Assembly (NCBI GenBank): GCA_965223375.1
Contig: OZ245000.1
Span: 3,163,092-3,227,091, forward strand
Length of the DNA stretch: 64,000 bases
Direction of reading: 5' to 3'
Origin: Candidatus Rariloculaceae bacterium
GTDB lineage: Bacteria > Pseudomonadota > Gammaproteobacteria > Steroidobacterales > Rariloculaceae
In this document: positions 25,607-36,016 of the stretch, one piece after another
Layout: every line of letters starts with the position of its first letter
Numbering within the stretch: the stretch's first letter is position 1
Translations under genes and position numbers: made by a program
The notes under the pieces: model-generated
Database searches by the model: none
Seen by the model: the letters and a program-made list of their open reading frames with translations, nothing else
Told to the model about the DNA's origin: nothing

Positions 25607-26709
25607 AGCGTTCGGCCGAAGAAGGGCAGGACCTCGGCCTCGAAGCGCGCCCTGACGCGATTGACGTGGTCGCCTTCGTAGAGCTCGAAGTCGTGGGCGA
25701 CGCCGAGCCGATCCAGTGACGCGCTGAGCCGCTGATTCGTGTCGGCCAGCGCGTCCGCGTCGCCGACGTCGATTGCAATTGCTGCATAGCGCTTCAGGCT
25801 CGGCACGTACTGATCGACCATCACGAGCGGTGAGTTTGCGATCCACTTCGCCTGAACATCCGGCAGAGCCTCGCCGTCTTCCCAAGGCCAGTCGAAATAG
25901 CGCGGCGCTCGTTCGGGATTCGGTGCCCATGCCGCGGCTTGCGCCGACAACACGTTCGCGAAGCCGCCTTCGGGCGCCGGCGCATCCCCGCGCTCGGCAA
26001 TTTGTGCCTCGACCCGCGCCTGCGACGGTGCCTGGTTCATCAGGCAGCACGCGCTCATCGAGTAGAGCGAGCCGAAAACGTCCGGCGACTTCATGCCGAT
26101 TCGGATCGTGCCATAGCCGCCCATCGAGTGTCCTGCCAGGCCGCGGCTCTCGCGTGCCGGAATCGTCCGATAGTTCGCGTCAATGTAGTCGACGAGATCC
26201 GCCGCGACGAACCCCTCCCAGTTGCCGGTCGTCGGCGAGTTTGAATACATGCTGCCGCTGTAGATTGTGTCGGCATCCGGTAGCACGACGATCATCTCGG
26301 GCGTGCCATTCGCAATGGCCGTGTCCGCCGCATCCTGCAGCTCGAGAAACTCTTTCATCCGCTCCGCCGTAAGCGAATAGCCGTGCAGGAAGTAGACGAC
26401 CGGGAAACGTCGCGACTCATCGGCCGCATAACCGGGCGGCAGATAGACGATGACCTCGCGATTCGGATCGTCGCCTTCGAGATTGCCCGCCAACGATGCG
26501 CCGTGGACGCTGATGTGATCGAGTGTGCCTTCCGGCATGGTGTCCGACGACTGGGCGGCCGCACTGCCGGCCATCGTGAGCCCGAGCCACAGCACGAGCG
26601 TTCGCAGCGGAGTGAGCGTTGCCCGAAATGTGTGCGCAGCGGGACGCGTTGAAGTGTTCGGCGACAAGAACGCCGATGACGGCCGCCACACGTTCCTTTT
26701 GCTCTTCAT
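25591..26709 (-). CDS. Secreted esterase (putative esterase / esterase D family alpha/beta hydrolase)
   Basis: Start moved to MKSKRNVW... (RBS GAGG). It carries VIVYLPPGYAADESRRFPVVYFLHGY and GLAGHSMGGYGT (GxSxG). Confidence 0.85.
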   Translation of the reverse strand: MKSKRNVWRPSSAFLSPNTSTRPAAHTFRATLTPLRTLVLWLGLTMAGSAAAQSSDTMPEGTLDHISVHGASLAGNLEGDDPNREVIVYLPPGYAADESRRFPVVYFLHGYSLTAERMKEFLELQDAADTAIANGTPEMIVVLPDADTIYSGSMYSNSPTTGNWEGFVAADLVDYIDANYRTIPARESRGLAGHSMGGYGTIRIGMKSPDVFGSLYSMSACCLMNQAPSQARVEAQIAERGDAPAPEGGFANVLSAQAAAWAPNPERAPRYFDWPWEDGEALPDVQAKWIANSPLVMVDQYVPSLKRYAAIAIDVGDADALADTNQRLSASLDRLGVAHDFELYEGDHVNRVRARFEAEVLPFFGRTLVRGQ

Positions 26710-26830
26710 GCCTCGCTTCCCCTGGTTGCCAGTGTCGAGTGACAATATCGCGAACATCCGAGTGAGGAGCAACGCCGCCGGACAGCGCTCCCCACCCGCG
26801 AATCGAGCAACGAATCAGCCGGACAGGACA

Positions 26831-28213
26831 CTAGACCGCGATTGGGCCCGTGCTGTCGCCGAAGCTCTCCTGCTCGATGCCGAGCTTGTGAAGCAGCGCC
26901 AGCAGGAGATTCGACATCGTCGTGTCCGGTTGATGGCGCAAGTGCCGGCCGCCTTCGAGCGCCCCGCCGGCATGGCCTGCCAGCAGTATCGGCAACGGGT
27001 TGTGGTTGTGCTCGTTCCCGTCGCTCATGCCGCTGCCGTAGACGAGCACCGAGTGATCCAGCAGGCTGCCGTCGCCGTCCGGTATCTCGTCCAGTCGGCC
27101 GAGAAGATGCGCGAGCAGGCCTACGTGATAGCGGTTCAGCACGGCGAAACGCGCCTTGTTTTCCTCGACATGCGAATGGTGCGACAGGATGTGGAAGGAG
27201 TCGCGAATGCCGCTTGCCGGGTACACGGTGTTGCTGAGCTCCGACGCAAGCTGGAACGTAGTTACGCGAGTGATATCGGCCTGCCAGGCGAGCACCTGCA
27301 GATCCATCATCAGCTTGATGTGCTCCTCGATATCGCCCGGAACGCCGGCGGGCCGGTCCGGGACCTCCAGGTCGTCGGACGATCGGGAGCCGGCTTTCTC
27401 GATGCGTCGCTCGATCTCACGCAGGTCGGTCAGAAACTCGTCGAGGCGCGCCCTGTCGGGCTGCGGCAGCGTTCGTTCGAGTGATGCAATCTGCTCGCTG
27501 ACGGCATCGAGCAGACTCAGCGCCTGAGCACGCCGTGCTGCGCGTTCCTCGTTCGTGCTGCCATCGCCGAAGAGGCGCTCGAAAACGACCTGCGGATTGC
27601 GTTCCATCGGCAGCGGCGATGTCGGACTCTGCCACGAGATCGTATTGCGGTAGGCGCAACTGAGGCCGTCACCGCAGCTGAGACTGCCTTCGTTGATGCT
27701 GAGCTCGAGCGACGGCAGCGGCGTGTCCTGGCCGATCGCCTGGGCAATGACCTGGTCAACTGTCGTGCCGAGCCGCGCCTCGGTGCCGGCCTGCGCCATG
27801 GCGCCGCTCAGAAAAACCGCCGACGAGCGATTGTGATGAGCCGTTGCACCGCCCGGGCCGTATGCCTGCGGATGCGACAAATCGCTGATTACATTTATCT
27901 TCGATTTAAAGGCTTCGAGCGGCGTCAGGATTTCCGACAGCTCGAAGTCGCTGCCGGTACCGGCCGGCGTCCAGCGCGACATCGTCGCGCCATGCGGGAA
28001 GTAAATGAAGCCCGCGCGTACCGGTGTGCCCGCTGCCCCGCTGCTCGATGCCGCTCCCGCCTGCGGTGTCCCCGCTGTGCCCGTCGAGGTCGTGGCCTGC
28101 CCGAACGCACGGCCGGCCGGCAGCATCGCGTCGAGCAGCGGCAGCGCAATGGCGGCGCCGCTGCCGCGCAACAGCGTACGGCGTGAAAGATGCTTACCGC
28201 TGACAACTCGCAT
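26831..28213 (-). CDS. DUF1552 domain protein (Tat-exported)
   Basis: 460 aa. LSRRTLLRGSGAAIALPLLDAM is the canonical DUF1552 N terminus. Its start shares one nucleotide with the upstream gene stop (TAATG). Confidence 0.85.
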   Translation of the reverse strand: MRVVSGKHLSRRTLLRGSGAAIALPLLDAMLPAGRAFGQATTSTGTAGTPQAGAASSSGAAGTPVRAGFIYFPHGATMSRWTPAGTGSDFELSEILTPLEAFKSKINVISDLSHPQAYGPGGATAHHNRSSAVFLSGAMAQAGTEARLGTTVDQVIAQAIGQDTPLPSLELSINEGSLSCGDGLSCAYRNTISWQSPTSPLPMERNPQVVFERLFGDGSTNEERAARRAQALSLLDAVSEQIASLERTLPQPDRARLDEFLTDLREIERRIEKAGSRSSDDLEVPDRPAGVPGDIEEHIKLMMDLQVLAWQADITRVTTFQLASELSNTVYPASGIRDSFHILSHHSHVEENKARFAVLNRYHVGLLAHLLGRLDEIPDGDGSLLDHSVLVYGSGMSDGNEHNHNPLPILLAGHAGGALEGGRHLRHQPDTTMSNLLLALLHKLGIEQESFGDSTGPIAV

Positions 28214-30519
28214 TATTCGTTACCTCCCACGACCGGTGCGCCGCCATTGGCGCGCGTGCGGAACGGGACGCTCCGGACGATTCCGCCGACCAGCGCCGAG
28301 AATCGGTAGTCGTCCTCCGCCGCCTCCCGAACGATAGCGCGAATCGTTGGCATGTCGTAGTGCTCGATTCGCCGCCCGAGCGCGTATGTCATCAGTTTCT
28401 CCGTTGCGGCGCTGACGAACGCCTCGCTGCGATCGAGCAGCGCCCGCCGCAACGCCGCGGGCCCGTCGATCGCGGTGCCGTCGGCCAGCGTGGCCTGCGT
28501 GTCGATCGGCCGGCCGGCATCGGCGTCGCGCCAGGCGCCGACCAGATCGAAGTTCTCGAGTGTGAGCCCGAACGGGTCCATGATCGCGTGGCACGACGCG
28601 CAGGTCGGGTTCGCGCGGTGGGCCTCGAGGCGCTCGCGAACCGTCAGAGCGATCTGCTCGCCGTCGTCGCCCTCGAGCGTCGTTTCGACATCGGGTGGCG
28701 GTACCGGTGCCGGCGAGCCGAGCAGCGTCTCGAGTATCCAGCTTCCCCGAATCACCGGCGAGGTGCGGTTGGTCACCGACGTGACGGTCAGGATGCTCGC
28801 GTGGCCAAGCAGCCCGCGGCGGGGGCTCTCGGGCGGAATCCCGATCCGGCGGAAATGGCTGCCGCGCACGCCGTCGTAACCGTAGTGCTCGGCCAGACGA
28901 TCGTTGACGAAGGTGAAGTCGGCGTCGAGCAAGCGCAGGATACTCAGATCCTCGTGCATGATCGCAGCGAACAGGCGCTGGCTTTCATTCGCCATCGCCC
29001 GCCGCAGGTTGTCGTCGAACGACTCGGCATCCGGCGTGACCGATTCGAGCTCGCGCAGGAACAGCCATTGGGCGGCAAAGTTCTCGATCAGCGCATCGGC
29101 CTTCGGGTCGGCGAGCATTCGTGCGACTTCGCCTTCCAGCATCTCCGGCTCGTGCAGTCGGCCGCTCGCGGCGACGTCGAACAGCGTGTCGTCCGGGATG
29201 CTGCTCCAAAGGAAGAACGACAGCCGCGTCGCGAGCTCGTAATCGCCAATTTCATATGCGCTTCCCGCAGCGAGGCCGGGGCGGTCCGTCTCGATGCGGT
29301 AAAGGAAGCGCGGATCCACGAGGATGCGGGCGACCGCATTCTGAATCCCGTCTTCGAAGCTGCCGTCGATCCGTCCCTGCTCGAAAAAGTGCAGCAATGC
29401 CGGCAGCTCGTCCGGCGCGAGCGGGCGGCGGAACGCCCGGGCAGCCAGCGCGTTGATGATTTCGGCGGCACAAGCCGATTCCTCGGCCGGCACGGTCGGT
29501 GCGCAGGCCAGAATGCGTCTGCGACTGGGCGTTTCGCCGACGCCCCGCGCATCGAAAGGCCCGTCGATCTCGATACTCTGAATGCCTGCGGACGGCGCCG
29601 GCGCCGAGTAGATGTCATCCACGCCCGACGCGCGGCGCGTGTCGACCAGTGCTGCGGACAGCGCGCGCGGGCCGGCCGCTACCGTGAGGCGAGCCCGCCC
29701 GCGCTCGTCGACTTCGACCGGTCTGCCGTCGATCGTCAGGTCGACCGCGCCGCCCGACCGGAAGGAGCGGCGCACGGCAATCTCGTATTCGGCGTCGAGC
29801 GGAAACAGGTGGTCGACGCGGAAGCCGCCGCGCGTGCCCAGGGGCAGGCCGTCCAGGTGGCGGTCCTGGCGCAGGTCCGGCGGCACGGTGTAGATGGCCT
29901 GCGTGCGCGGCGCGGTTCGATCGCCGATCGCCCAGCGGCTGATCTTCATCGCTGCCGCCACATACGACTCAATCAGTGACGGCGACGTGCCGAGCGCGGC
30001 CGCAATGTTGTCGAAGCCCTCACTGGAGTCATCGAGCGGGAGCAGCGTGGCCGCATCGATTTCAAGCGCAAGCAGGTCGCGAATGGCATTCGCGTATTCG
30101 GCGCGATTCAGTCGGCGAATGAGCGCCGGTCCGGGTGTGGGCGCTGTCGCCGCATCGAGTGTGTTTTCGAGTGTCGCGATCAGGGCATCGGCCCGTTCGC
30201 GCGACGGCCGAGGTTCGCCCGCCGGCGGCATCATGCCGGTCTTGAGCTTCCGGACGACTTTTTCCCAGACGTCTGCGTCATCCCGAATCGCGGCAAGGTC
30301 GCGATCGTCGAGTCTCAGCGAACCGGCGTAGTCGATGCCGTTGTGGCACTCCACGCAATACCGGTCCACGAGTTCGGGGACAGTGACCTTATCTCCGACG
30401 TCCGCGGATCCCTGCACCGCGTAGAACCACCAGATACCGCCGGCGACGGCGCCGATGCCGGCCAGAGCCGGCCAGCTCGTCGCGAGGATTCGGCGGCGGT
30501 TTCGGTTCGACTCTGCCAT
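28213..30519 (-). CDS. DUF1592/DUF1588/DUF1585-type multidomain protein with an N-terminal heme-binding CxxCH motif
   Basis: 768 aa. An N-terminal TM segment is followed by VDRYCVECHN. Its length and its pairing with DUF1552 are as in the planctomycete-type PSD gene pairs. Confidence 0.8.
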   Translation of the reverse strand: MAESNRNRRRILATSWPALAGIGAVAGGIWWFYAVQGSADVGDKVTVPELVDRYCVECHNGIDYAGSLRLDDRDLAAIRDDADVWEKVVRKLKTGMMPPAGEPRPSRERADALIATLENTLDAATAPTPGPALIRRLNRAEYANAIRDLLALEIDAATLLPLDDSSEGFDNIAAALGTSPSLIESYVAAAMKISRWAIGDRTAPRTQAIYTVPPDLRQDRHLDGLPLGTRGGFRVDHLFPLDAEYEIAVRRSFRSGGAVDLTIDGRPVEVDERGRARLTVAAGPRALSAALVDTRRASGVDDIYSAPAPSAGIQSIEIDGPFDARGVGETPSRRRILACAPTVPAEESACAAEIINALAARAFRRPLAPDELPALLHFFEQGRIDGSFEDGIQNAVARILVDPRFLYRIETDRPGLAAGSAYEIGDYELATRLSFFLWSSIPDDTLFDVAASGRLHEPEMLEGEVARMLADPKADALIENFAAQWLFLRELESVTPDAESFDDNLRRAMANESQRLFAAIMHEDLSILRLLDADFTFVNDRLAEHYGYDGVRGSHFRRIGIPPESPRRGLLGHASILTVTSVTNRTSPVIRGSWILETLLGSPAPVPPPDVETTLEGDDGEQIALTVRERLEAHRANPTCASCHAIMDPFGLTLENFDLVGAWRDADAGRPIDTQATLADGTAIDGPAALRRALLDRSEAFVSAATEKLMTYALGRRIEHYDMPTIRAIVREAAEDDYRFSALVGGIVRSVPFRTRANGGAPVVGGNE

Positions 30520-30523
30520 CGGC

Positions 30524-32143
30524 TCACTGCCCGCCTGCGGCCGGCCGCGATGGCGTGCCCTGGTTATCGCTTCCGGCGCCGGTCCCTGCTGCGCCGCCGG
30601 TCTCGGCTGCGTCGCCGGTCTCGGCTGCGCCGCCGATCCCTGCGCCTGCCGTGCGTGTGCCGTTGGCCGACGTCTCGTCCAGCAGCCTCTCGATCAGCGC
30701 TATCGAGCTCGGCTTCGGCTCGGCCGGGTGCGTTGCGAGAAAGACGCCGCGCGCCCAATCGAGCGGCGTTCGTCCCTCGTTGTCGGCAACGTCGAGTCTC
30801 GCGCCGTTGGCGACGAGAAACTCGATGATGTCGTCGGAGCCACGGTTCGCCGCTCCCATGACCGCCGTGATCCCCATCGAGTTCACGGCGTTGACGTCCA
30901 TGCCGAGTCCGGCGCACAGCTTCACGGCTTCGAGCAGCGCGGCCGGCCCCTCCGTGTAGGACTGCGAGACTACCCAGTTGACGCCGGCCGCTGCCATCAG
31001 CGCCGTCGTGCCGTGAAACGTCGCAATATGCGGGTCGGCACCGTGCTCGAGCAGTAGCTGCATCGTGTCGAGATCGCCGGCAAGCGCGGCCGCCAGGAAT
31101 GGCGTCTGGCCCGTGAAGTCGACCCACTCGAGCGTGCCGGTGATCGACAACAGTGTCTCCCGCACCGGCGGCGACTCGGTCGTGCGGGGATTCGGGTCGG
31201 CGCCCCGGTCGAGCAGCAGCGCTATCGTCTCGAACGCCGCGTCGCGATCGACATTGTGCTCGAACGTGTCGTTGTGCACGTAGAGATTCCTGACGTTGAC
31301 GGCAGACCAAAGCGGACTGCGGCCGTACCAGTCCTGGTGGTCGATCGACGCGCCTCTCGCAACCAGCATCGCGGCTGTCTCGAAACGCTGATTCGATACC
31401 GCCATCAGCAGTGGCGTGATGCCGTTCGCCTCCACGCGGTCGATGTCGGCTCCCGCATCGAGCAGGCTTTCGGCAATGACTGTGTGACCCTCGCGCGCGG
31501 CGTAGAGCAGCGGCGTCATGTCGCCGGGTCTGAACGGTCGCATGCCGCGGTCTTCCGGAAGCCCGCCGCGCACGATGCCGACCCCGAAACTGAACCCGGG
31601 GCGCGAGTTGGGCAGAATCCACTCGGGCTCCGGACCGGTACGGGTACTGGCATCGATGCGGGCGCCGGCGGCCAGCAGCCGTTCGGCGATTCCCGCATGA
31701 CCTGCGCGGGCAGCGATCATCAGCGCGGTCTGCTCATAAGCCGTATCGCGTGCATTCACGTCGACGCCATGCGCGAGCAGTGCCTCGACTGCGTGGATAT
31801 CCCCGCTTCCGACGGCGGCCATCAGCATCGTTTCGCCGACGCTGTCCCGGGCGCTCGGGTCGGCGCCGGCTGCGACGAGCAGATCGATCTGCTCGGCGTT
31901 ACCGTTTGCTGCCGCGAGATAGAGCGGCGTAACGCCGAGGCGGTTCGGGCGATTCGGGTCGGCGCCCTCGTCGAGCAGGCGCGCGGCACGGGTCGTGTCG
32001 CCGTGGCGGATCAGATCGAGCAGGTCCTCGGGCGCCGGCTGCGCCCCGACGGGTGCCGTCACGAAGAGCGTGATCATCTGCAGCGCCACCGCCGCGCCCG
32101 TCGAGACTCGGGGGTTGGGAAGTTTGGTATGCCGCATAGCCAC
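30524..32143 (-). CDS. Secreted ankyrin-repeat protein
   Basis: 539 aa with a signal peptide. It has many ANK units (GADPNRPNRLGVTPLYLAAANGN..., GVDVNARDTAYEQTALMIAAR...). The low-complexity tail reads GAAETGDAAETGGAAGTGA. It ends 4 nt before the DUF1592 start. Confidence 0.9.
   Translation of the reverse strand: MAMRHTKLPNPRVSTGAAVALQMITLFVTAPVGAQPAPEDLLDLIRHGDTTRAARLLDEGADPNRPNRLGVTPLYLAAANGNAEQIDLLVAAGADPSARDSVGETMLMAAVGSGDIHAVEALLAHGVDVNARDTAYEQTALMIAARAGHAGIAERLLAAGARIDASTRTGPEPEWILPNSRPGFSFGVGIVRGGLPEDRGMRPFRPGDMTPLLYAAREGHTVIAESLLDAGADIDRVEANGITPLLMAVSNQRFETAAMLVARGASIDHQDWYGRSPLWSAVNVRNLYVHNDTFEHNVDRDAAFETIALLLDRGADPNPRTTESPPVRETLLSITGTLEWVDFTGQTPFLAAALAGDLDTMQLLLEHGADPHIATFHGTTALMAAAGVNWVVSQSYTEGPAALLEAVKLCAGLGMDVNAVNSMGITAVMGAANRGSDDIIEFLVANGARLDVADNEGRTPLDWARGVFLATHPAEPKPSSIALIERLLDETSANGTRTAGAGIGGAAETGDAAETGGAAGTGAGSDNQGTPSRPAAGGQ
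30576..30645 (-). repeat. Imperfect 18-nt coding tandem repeat (AAETG-type tail of the ankyrin protein)
   Basis: gcgccgccggtctcggct / gcgtcgccggtctcggct, plus degenerate flanking units. Confidence 0.7.
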
Positions 32144-32189
32144 ACGTTAATCTGTCCGAAGCGACCGATGAATTCAAGGTGATTGGCAA

Positions 32190-33272
32190 GTGGCCGGAGA
32201 TTGCGGAACGAAGGGGCGCCAGACACTGTCACGCCGGGCTTTGCTTGCGGCAGTGCCACCGACTCTTTTCGCACCTGCTGCCTTGCCGCTGCTGTCGTCA
32301 CGCGCCGCAGCGCAGTCGACGCCGGACGAGGCGAGTTTCCCCTCGAGCGGCATCCGCCTGCTGCGCCTGAACAGCTTCGAGATTCGCGTCCCGGATGTCG
32401 GCGCCAGTCGCGACTTCTATCAGAATCTGTTCGGCATGCCCGTGCAAACGCGCAGCGGGAACGGCATTGGCCTGCGCATTGGCGACGGCCCGCAGTTCAT
32501 GGCGATCCGCGCCCTCGGTGAAGGCGAAGCGCCGGGCATTACGCGGATCGGCTACGCCGTCGAGGACTTCGATGCCGAACGAACGCAGGCCAGGCTCGCC
32601 GCGATCGGTTTCGAGCCGGTCGCTTCGCCGCCGCCGGCCGACGCCGGTGTGCTGCATCGGATGCAGACCTGGATCCGAGAGCCCGGCGAGGGGCGGGAGC
32701 TCTACTTCTCCGACGACAACGGATTGATCGTCCAGTTGAGCGCTGCCGGCTACTGCGGCGGCGGCGGTGTCGACGGCACGGCCTGCGGACCGGCCGAGAC
32801 GGCACCAGCGGGCCTGATCGAGCTTACGGACATCAATCACTTCACGGTGTTTCTCGGCAATGGCGCGGCCGCCAATCGCTTCTACCAGCAGACTTTCGGT
32901 CTCGAGATTCAGGCGTATCAGGGGCCGCAGTCGCCCGTGACCGGCATCGGTGACGGCCGGCAGTTCGTCATGTACGCGGGCCGGGGCGACGCGGGCGCCG
33001 TGCCGGCGAATATCCACCACGGTTCGTTCAACATGCGCGACTTCGACGTCGAGCAAGTGCTCGACACGCTGACGAGCTTCGGGCTGAGCGCGCGTGGTGA
33101 ACGGGACGTCGGGCCGTTGATGCACTACGTGAGCCGGCGAATGCCTGAGCGCGGCGGCGCCGAGGGCGGAACGCCCGAGGTGTACTTCACCGATCCGGAC
33201 GGCATTCTGCTGCAGCTGCAGGACCGAACTTACTGCGGCGGCGGCGGTTATCTCGGTAACGAGTGCTTCTAG
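32190..33272 (+). CDS. Tat-exported two-domain VOC family protein
   Basis: 360 aa with a GTG start. LSRRALLAAV is an RR motif. VOC-type segments include LNSFEIRVPDVGASRDFYQNLFGMPV and INHFTVFLGN. Confidence 0.8.
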   Translation: MAGDCGTKGRQTLSRRALLAAVPPTLFAPAALPLLSSRAAAQSTPDEASFPSSGIRLLRLNSFEIRVPDVGASRDFYQNLFGMPVQTRSGNGIGLRIGDGPQFMAIRALGEGEAPGITRIGYAVEDFDAERTQARLAAIGFEPVASPPPADAGVLHRMQTWIREPGEGRELYFSDDNGLIVQLSAAGYCGGGGVDGTACGPAETAPAGLIELTDINHFTVFLGNGAAANRFYQQTFGLEIQAYQGPQSPVTGIGDGRQFVMYAGRGDAGAVPANIHHGSFNMRDFDVEQVLDTLTSFGLSARGERDVGPLMHYVSRRMPERGGAEGGTPEVYFTDPDGILLQLQDRTYCGGGGYLGNECF

Positions 33273-33443
33273 TCACTGTCCGGCAGCACAACAGGGCGCC
33301 GGCCGAATTGGTGCTTGCGGTGGCGCGGGCGCCGAAAGAAAGATGCCCGGCAGGACTGCAGGTTGTGTGCGCCGGCGCCAGTTACAATCGAGTACGCCAC
33401 GGTATTCCACTGTGCCGTCCACATCGTCCCGGGGGAACTCACA

Positions 33444-35096
33444 ATGAGGCAGATGACTGACAGGTATGGCACCGCGCTGCGAGCGGTTGCGGCCGCCGTC
33501 GCGCTTGCATGCGGGGCGGCCTGCACACAGGAGGAAGCGCCGGGTGCCGACGATGCCGGCGATTCCAGCGGCGACAATCCGGCTGCCCTGGCCAGCAGCG
33601 CGCCCGGAGAAGGCACACCGGGTGCTGGCTGCGCTGCGCTGGCCGGCACCACATTCCCGAATACCGAGATCGAGTCTGCGACGGTTGTCGCAGCCGGCGA
33701 GTTCGAGGCCCCGGCACCGGCTTTCGGCGGCCCCCCGCCCGATTACTCGAACCTCCCGGCGTTCTGTCGCGTCGCAGGCTCCATTCATCCGACCGACGAC
33801 TCCGACATCCGCTTCGAGCTCTGGCTGCCTACCGACGACAACTGGAACGGCCGCTTCATGCAGACCGGCAACGGCGGCGCAGCCGGCAGCATCGTCGTCT
33901 CATCGTTGCCGGATCCGCTCGCCCGCGGCTACGCGGTTGCCAATACCGATACCGGCCATCAGGGCGGTGGCGGGTCCTTCGAGTGGGCGGTCGGCCATCC
34001 GGAGAAGCTGATCGACTATCAGTATCGCGCCGTTCACGAGCTGACGGTCGTCGGTAAGGCGATCACCGCGGCGCGCTACGGCCGCGCTCCGGAGGAATCC
34101 TTCTGGCTCGGCTGCTCGACCGGCGGGCGTCAGGGACTCAAGGAAGCGCAGCGCTACCCGGACGATTACGACGCCATTGTCGCTGGCGCCCCGGCCGCCA
34201 ACTGGTCGCCGTTGATGTCGCAGGCGACGCAGATCCAGTCGAATATCGGTGCAGGCGGACTCGGCGCGGACAAGCTCGCGTCGCTCAAGGAAGCTGCTAT
34301 TGCTGCCTGCGATGCCAGCGATGGTCTGGAAGACCGCATCATTTCCGACCCGGCGCAGTGTGCCTTCGATCCGGCGAGCCTGGCGTGTAGTGTCGAAACG
34401 TCCGACGGTTGCCTTGCCCCGGCCGAGGTTGCGGCCGCGCGCAATATCTATGCCGGCCTCGTTACGAGCGACGGCGATGTGCTGATGCCGGGCACGGGTC
34501 CCGGCAGCGAGCCACTGTGGGCTGCGTACGCGGGCGGACCGTTCACCATAGGCACGAACTGGTTTCGCCAGGTCGTGCTGAACGATCCCGACTGGGACCC
34601 TGCCGAGTTCGATGCCGATACTCACGTAGCGCTGGCCGAGCAGCAGGATCAGGGCGCGGCGGACGCGATGGATCCGGACCTGTCGGCATTTCTCGGGAAC
34701 GGCGGCCGGCTGCTGCTCTATCACGGCACCACCGACGGATTGATTCCGTATGGCAACACGGTTCGCTATTACGAGAGCGTCGTCGATACGCTCGGCGAGG
34801 ACGCGGTCGATGACGGCGTCCGGCTGTTTCTCGTACCGGGCATGGATCATTGTGCCGGCGGTGAGGGGGCGTTCGCGATAGATTGGCTGACTGCGCTCGA
34901 GGCCTGGGCCGAAGCCGGCGATGCGCCGGATGTCCTGCCGGCCGCGCGGCCGGCGGTCGGCGGCCCGCCCGGCGCGCCATCAAACGGTGAACAGCGCGTG
35001 TTTACCCGCCCGGCCTGTGCCTGGCCCGCGGTCGCGACGTATGACGGCTCCGGCGATCCCGACGACGCGTCGAGCTTCGAGTGTCGGGTGCGTTAG
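33444..35096 (+). CDS. Tannase/feruloyl esterase family protein, exported
   Basis: Start moved to MRQMTDRYGTALRAVAAAVALACGAAC (RBS ggggg). It carries FWLGCSTGGRQGLKEAQRYPDDYDAIVAGAPA, the family nucleophile motif. Confidence 0.9.
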   Translation: MRQMTDRYGTALRAVAAAVALACGAACTQEEAPGADDAGDSSGDNPAALASSAPGEGTPGAGCAALAGTTFPNTEIESATVVAAGEFEAPAPAFGGPPPDYSNLPAFCRVAGSIHPTDDSDIRFELWLPTDDNWNGRFMQTGNGGAAGSIVVSSLPDPLARGYAVANTDTGHQGGGGSFEWAVGHPEKLIDYQYRAVHELTVVGKAITAARYGRAPEESFWLGCSTGGRQGLKEAQRYPDDYDAIVAGAPAANWSPLMSQATQIQSNIGAGGLGADKLASLKEAAIAACDASDGLEDRIISDPAQCAFDPASLACSVETSDGCLAPAEVAAARNIYAGLVTSDGDVLMPGTGPGSEPLWAAYAGGPFTIGTNWFRQVVLNDPDWDPAEFDADTHVALAEQQDQGAADAMDPDLSAFLGNGGRLLLYHGTTDGLIPYGNTVRYYESVVDTLGEDAVDDGVRLFLVPGMDHCAGGEGAFAIDWLTALEAWAEAGDAPDVLPAARPAVGGPPGAPSNGEQRVFTRPACAWPAVATYDGSGDPDDASSFECRVR

Positions 35097-35260
35097 TCAA
35101 CCCGCGAAAATCGCCGTTCCCGGATTTCGGCCGCCGCGCAAGACGATTGGATTGCGGCAGCGACTTCGGACGCGATTTCGGCCGCGGACTCACGAGGCGG
35201 CGGCCCGGCGATCGGTCACGCCGGGCGCACCGCTTTAGAGCGAAGGTCGGCGCAGACGGC

Positions 35261-35824
35261 TCAAGGCACATGCACGGTCGCCTGCTCGAACTGAGCGGGC
35301 GGTACGGGGGTACGGAATTCGTCAGGCAACACGGTGGACGGTTCCAGCTCTCCATGCTGGCCGATTACGGCATGCACTTCGGCAGCACGGGCATCGATCA
35401 GGCCGGCCGGACAATTACCTCCACCCACAACACGAGACGTATCGCCGACGCTCAGGTGTGAGCTGAACGCGGCATTGCCCGATTCCCCGATCAGGTGCCC
35501 GGCTCCGAAAATGACACAATCCATCGTGCCCGGTGTGCAGAAGTCACCGCCGTTGGCGGGCGGACAATCCGCGTCGTTCGCCGGATCGTTCCAGACGAGT
35601 AGCCAAACCGTGTAGATCTGGTGCTGGAGGCTATTGGTGACGATGTTCAGGCGAAAGCCCGCATCGTTTCGCTGTATGGAAGATCTGGCTCCCTCAACGG
35701 GCACGACTGCCGGCAGGAAGTTGACCGGCGCATAGCTTGGAGGATCGGCGATCGCCGCGGATGAAGCCAGACATGCCGTGACGACGCTCACTGCGGCGAG
35801 AATCGGGATTTTTCTGATGAACAT
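35261..35824 (-). CDS. Hypothetical secreted protein
   Basis: 187 aa. The signal peptide is MFIRKIPILAAVSVVTACLASSAAIA and the RBS is GAGGAGG. It is Cys-containing with no recognised family. It is divergent from the CadC-like regulator. Confidence 0.65.
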   Translation of the reverse strand: MFIRKIPILAAVSVVTACLASSAAIADPPSYAPVNFLPAVVPVEGARSSIQRNDAGFRLNIVTNSLQHQIYTVWLLVWNDPANDADCPPANGGDFCTPGTMDCVIFGAGHLIGESGNAAFSSHLSVGDTSRVVGGGNCPAGLIDARAAEVHAVIGQHGELEPSTVLPDEFRTPVPPAQFEQATVHVP

Positions 35825-36016
35825 GGGATAGTTGCCTCCTCATATAACGATTCATTATCTGAGCGTCTTTTTTCCAAAACGCTATCGCACTATTTGTTGC
35901 GAGGCGGCAGATTTCCATGATAAAAACATGACAACAAAATGATCCGAAAAAAAACAGTATTTCATATACTTACGCATCGAGCGGTTTGGCACTACAGGCA
36001 GGGCGAAGCGCCATGA
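35825..36016. promoter_or_regulatory. AT-rich divergent promoter region
   Basis: This is the lowest-GC stretch of the window (for example aaaaacatgacaacaaaatgatccgaaaaaaaacagtatttcatatactta). It lies between divergent starts at 35824 and 36017. Confidence 0.5.

Noticed and set aside
32144-32189. The 46-nt gap between divergent ankyrin and VOC genes as evidence that one start is wrong.
   Set aside because: Both N termini look like genuine export signals from the annotated starts. Alternative downstream starts would remove the Tat motif of the VOC protein. The starts are kept but flagged as uncertain.
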